NCBI RefSeq assembly: GCF_023055435.1 | Contig: NW_025964013.1 | Coordinates: 5,394,001-5,458,000, forward strand | DNA from: Haliotis rufescens | Taxonomy: Eukaryota | DNA length: 64,000 nucleotides | Reading direction: 5' to 3' | The notes under the pieces: generated by a model | What the model saw: the letters and a program-made list of their open reading frames with translations, nothing else | Database searches by the model: none | Told to the model about the DNA's origin: nothing | Shown: positions 63,315 to 64,000 of the stretch, one piece after another | How the letters are laid out: every line of letters begins with the position of its first letter | Numbering within the stretch: position 1 is the stretch's first letter | Program-made: the position numbers and the translations under genes

Positions 63315-64000
63315 AACTGGCGCCCAAAGGAAACTTTACCAACTGAAAATATAAATTTTAGACAAAGTATAAAATCTTTTTCGATGAAGTCTATCTAAAA
63401 CACATAACCTAAATACAACAATAGTGTATGCTGAAAATGTTAATCGTCTCTTACATGTTTGCGAGATAACACGCGAAAAAGTGAAAAACACGTGCACCAC
63501 GGACAACTGCAAATGCACGTACGGGTAAGGGTATAAAACGATTGCAACGGCAAGTCAGACATCCACAGTGATAAAAAACACACAAAAGAAATGACACGAC
63601 TCACATTCGAACAACGTGAACGAGCCTTGGGTATGGTACAGATGGGAGCCACCCACGCCCATATTGCAAGAACCTTCGGTTGCTCCCGTGTTGCCGTTAC
63701 CAACTTGATGCAACGTTACAGACAGACAGGGCGGACCGCTTACAGTCCAAGAACAGGCAGACCCAGGGTGACCACGCCCCATGATGACCGGTACTTGCGT
63801 ACTTTGCACCTCCGAAATCGCTTCCTGACAGTGACGTCATCGGCGACAAATGCCTTAGGTCACAGGGTTAGTCGACAGACAGTGGCCAGGAGACTCCGGG
63901 CTCATGGAATCAGGGCTTTTAGACCATACAGAGGACAGCTATTGACAGTGCAACATCGTCGTCTGCGATTGAGATCGGCCCGGACTGTACGACGTTGGCA
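63315..64000 (+). mobile_element. Tc1 transposon, 5' part; transposase ORF from 63591 runs off the window
   Basis: MTRLTFEQRERALGMVQMG...TGRPRVTT..DDRYLR..HLRNRF..SRQTVARRLR..RPY, homologous to the 18559 transposase. The left end near TA|AACTGGCGCCC is tentative. Confidence 0.88.

Overview
Eukaryotic, AT-rich, intron-containing invertebrate DNA. The SINE families resemble ones I recall from abalone (Haliotis), but that assignment is unverified. The only host genes are a tandem cluster of six paralogous 8-TM membrane proteins (303-337 aa): five on +, one on -. Their first five helices carry TspO/TSPO-like motifs (TPxxxTFxIWxxIY, LNxxW, YxAWxTxAxxLN). I reconstructed all six by hand with canonical GT-AG junctions. 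Each has a splice acceptor 10-24 nt before the ATG and a phase-1 intron after TM1. Paralogue 3 alone has an extra phase-2 intron, and paralogue 6 has lost the TspO-like motifs while remaining open. Between the genes lie eight unrelated minisatellites (31-55 bp units, about 13% of the window); one is an amplification of a real 5' splice site. Mobile DNA includes four short retroposon families, one headless with a fixed, structured 5' end that is a candidate ribozyme. Also present: two Tc1 elements, a DD83E Sailor-like transposase split by an RT-less RTE-X LINE, a Kolobok-like element with a spliced transposase/exonuclease gene and a nested Tx1/L1, Penelope fragments with a hammerhead-like motif, Crypton-like hairpins and a probable P-family excision footprint. 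Family names are from motif recognition, not database searches.
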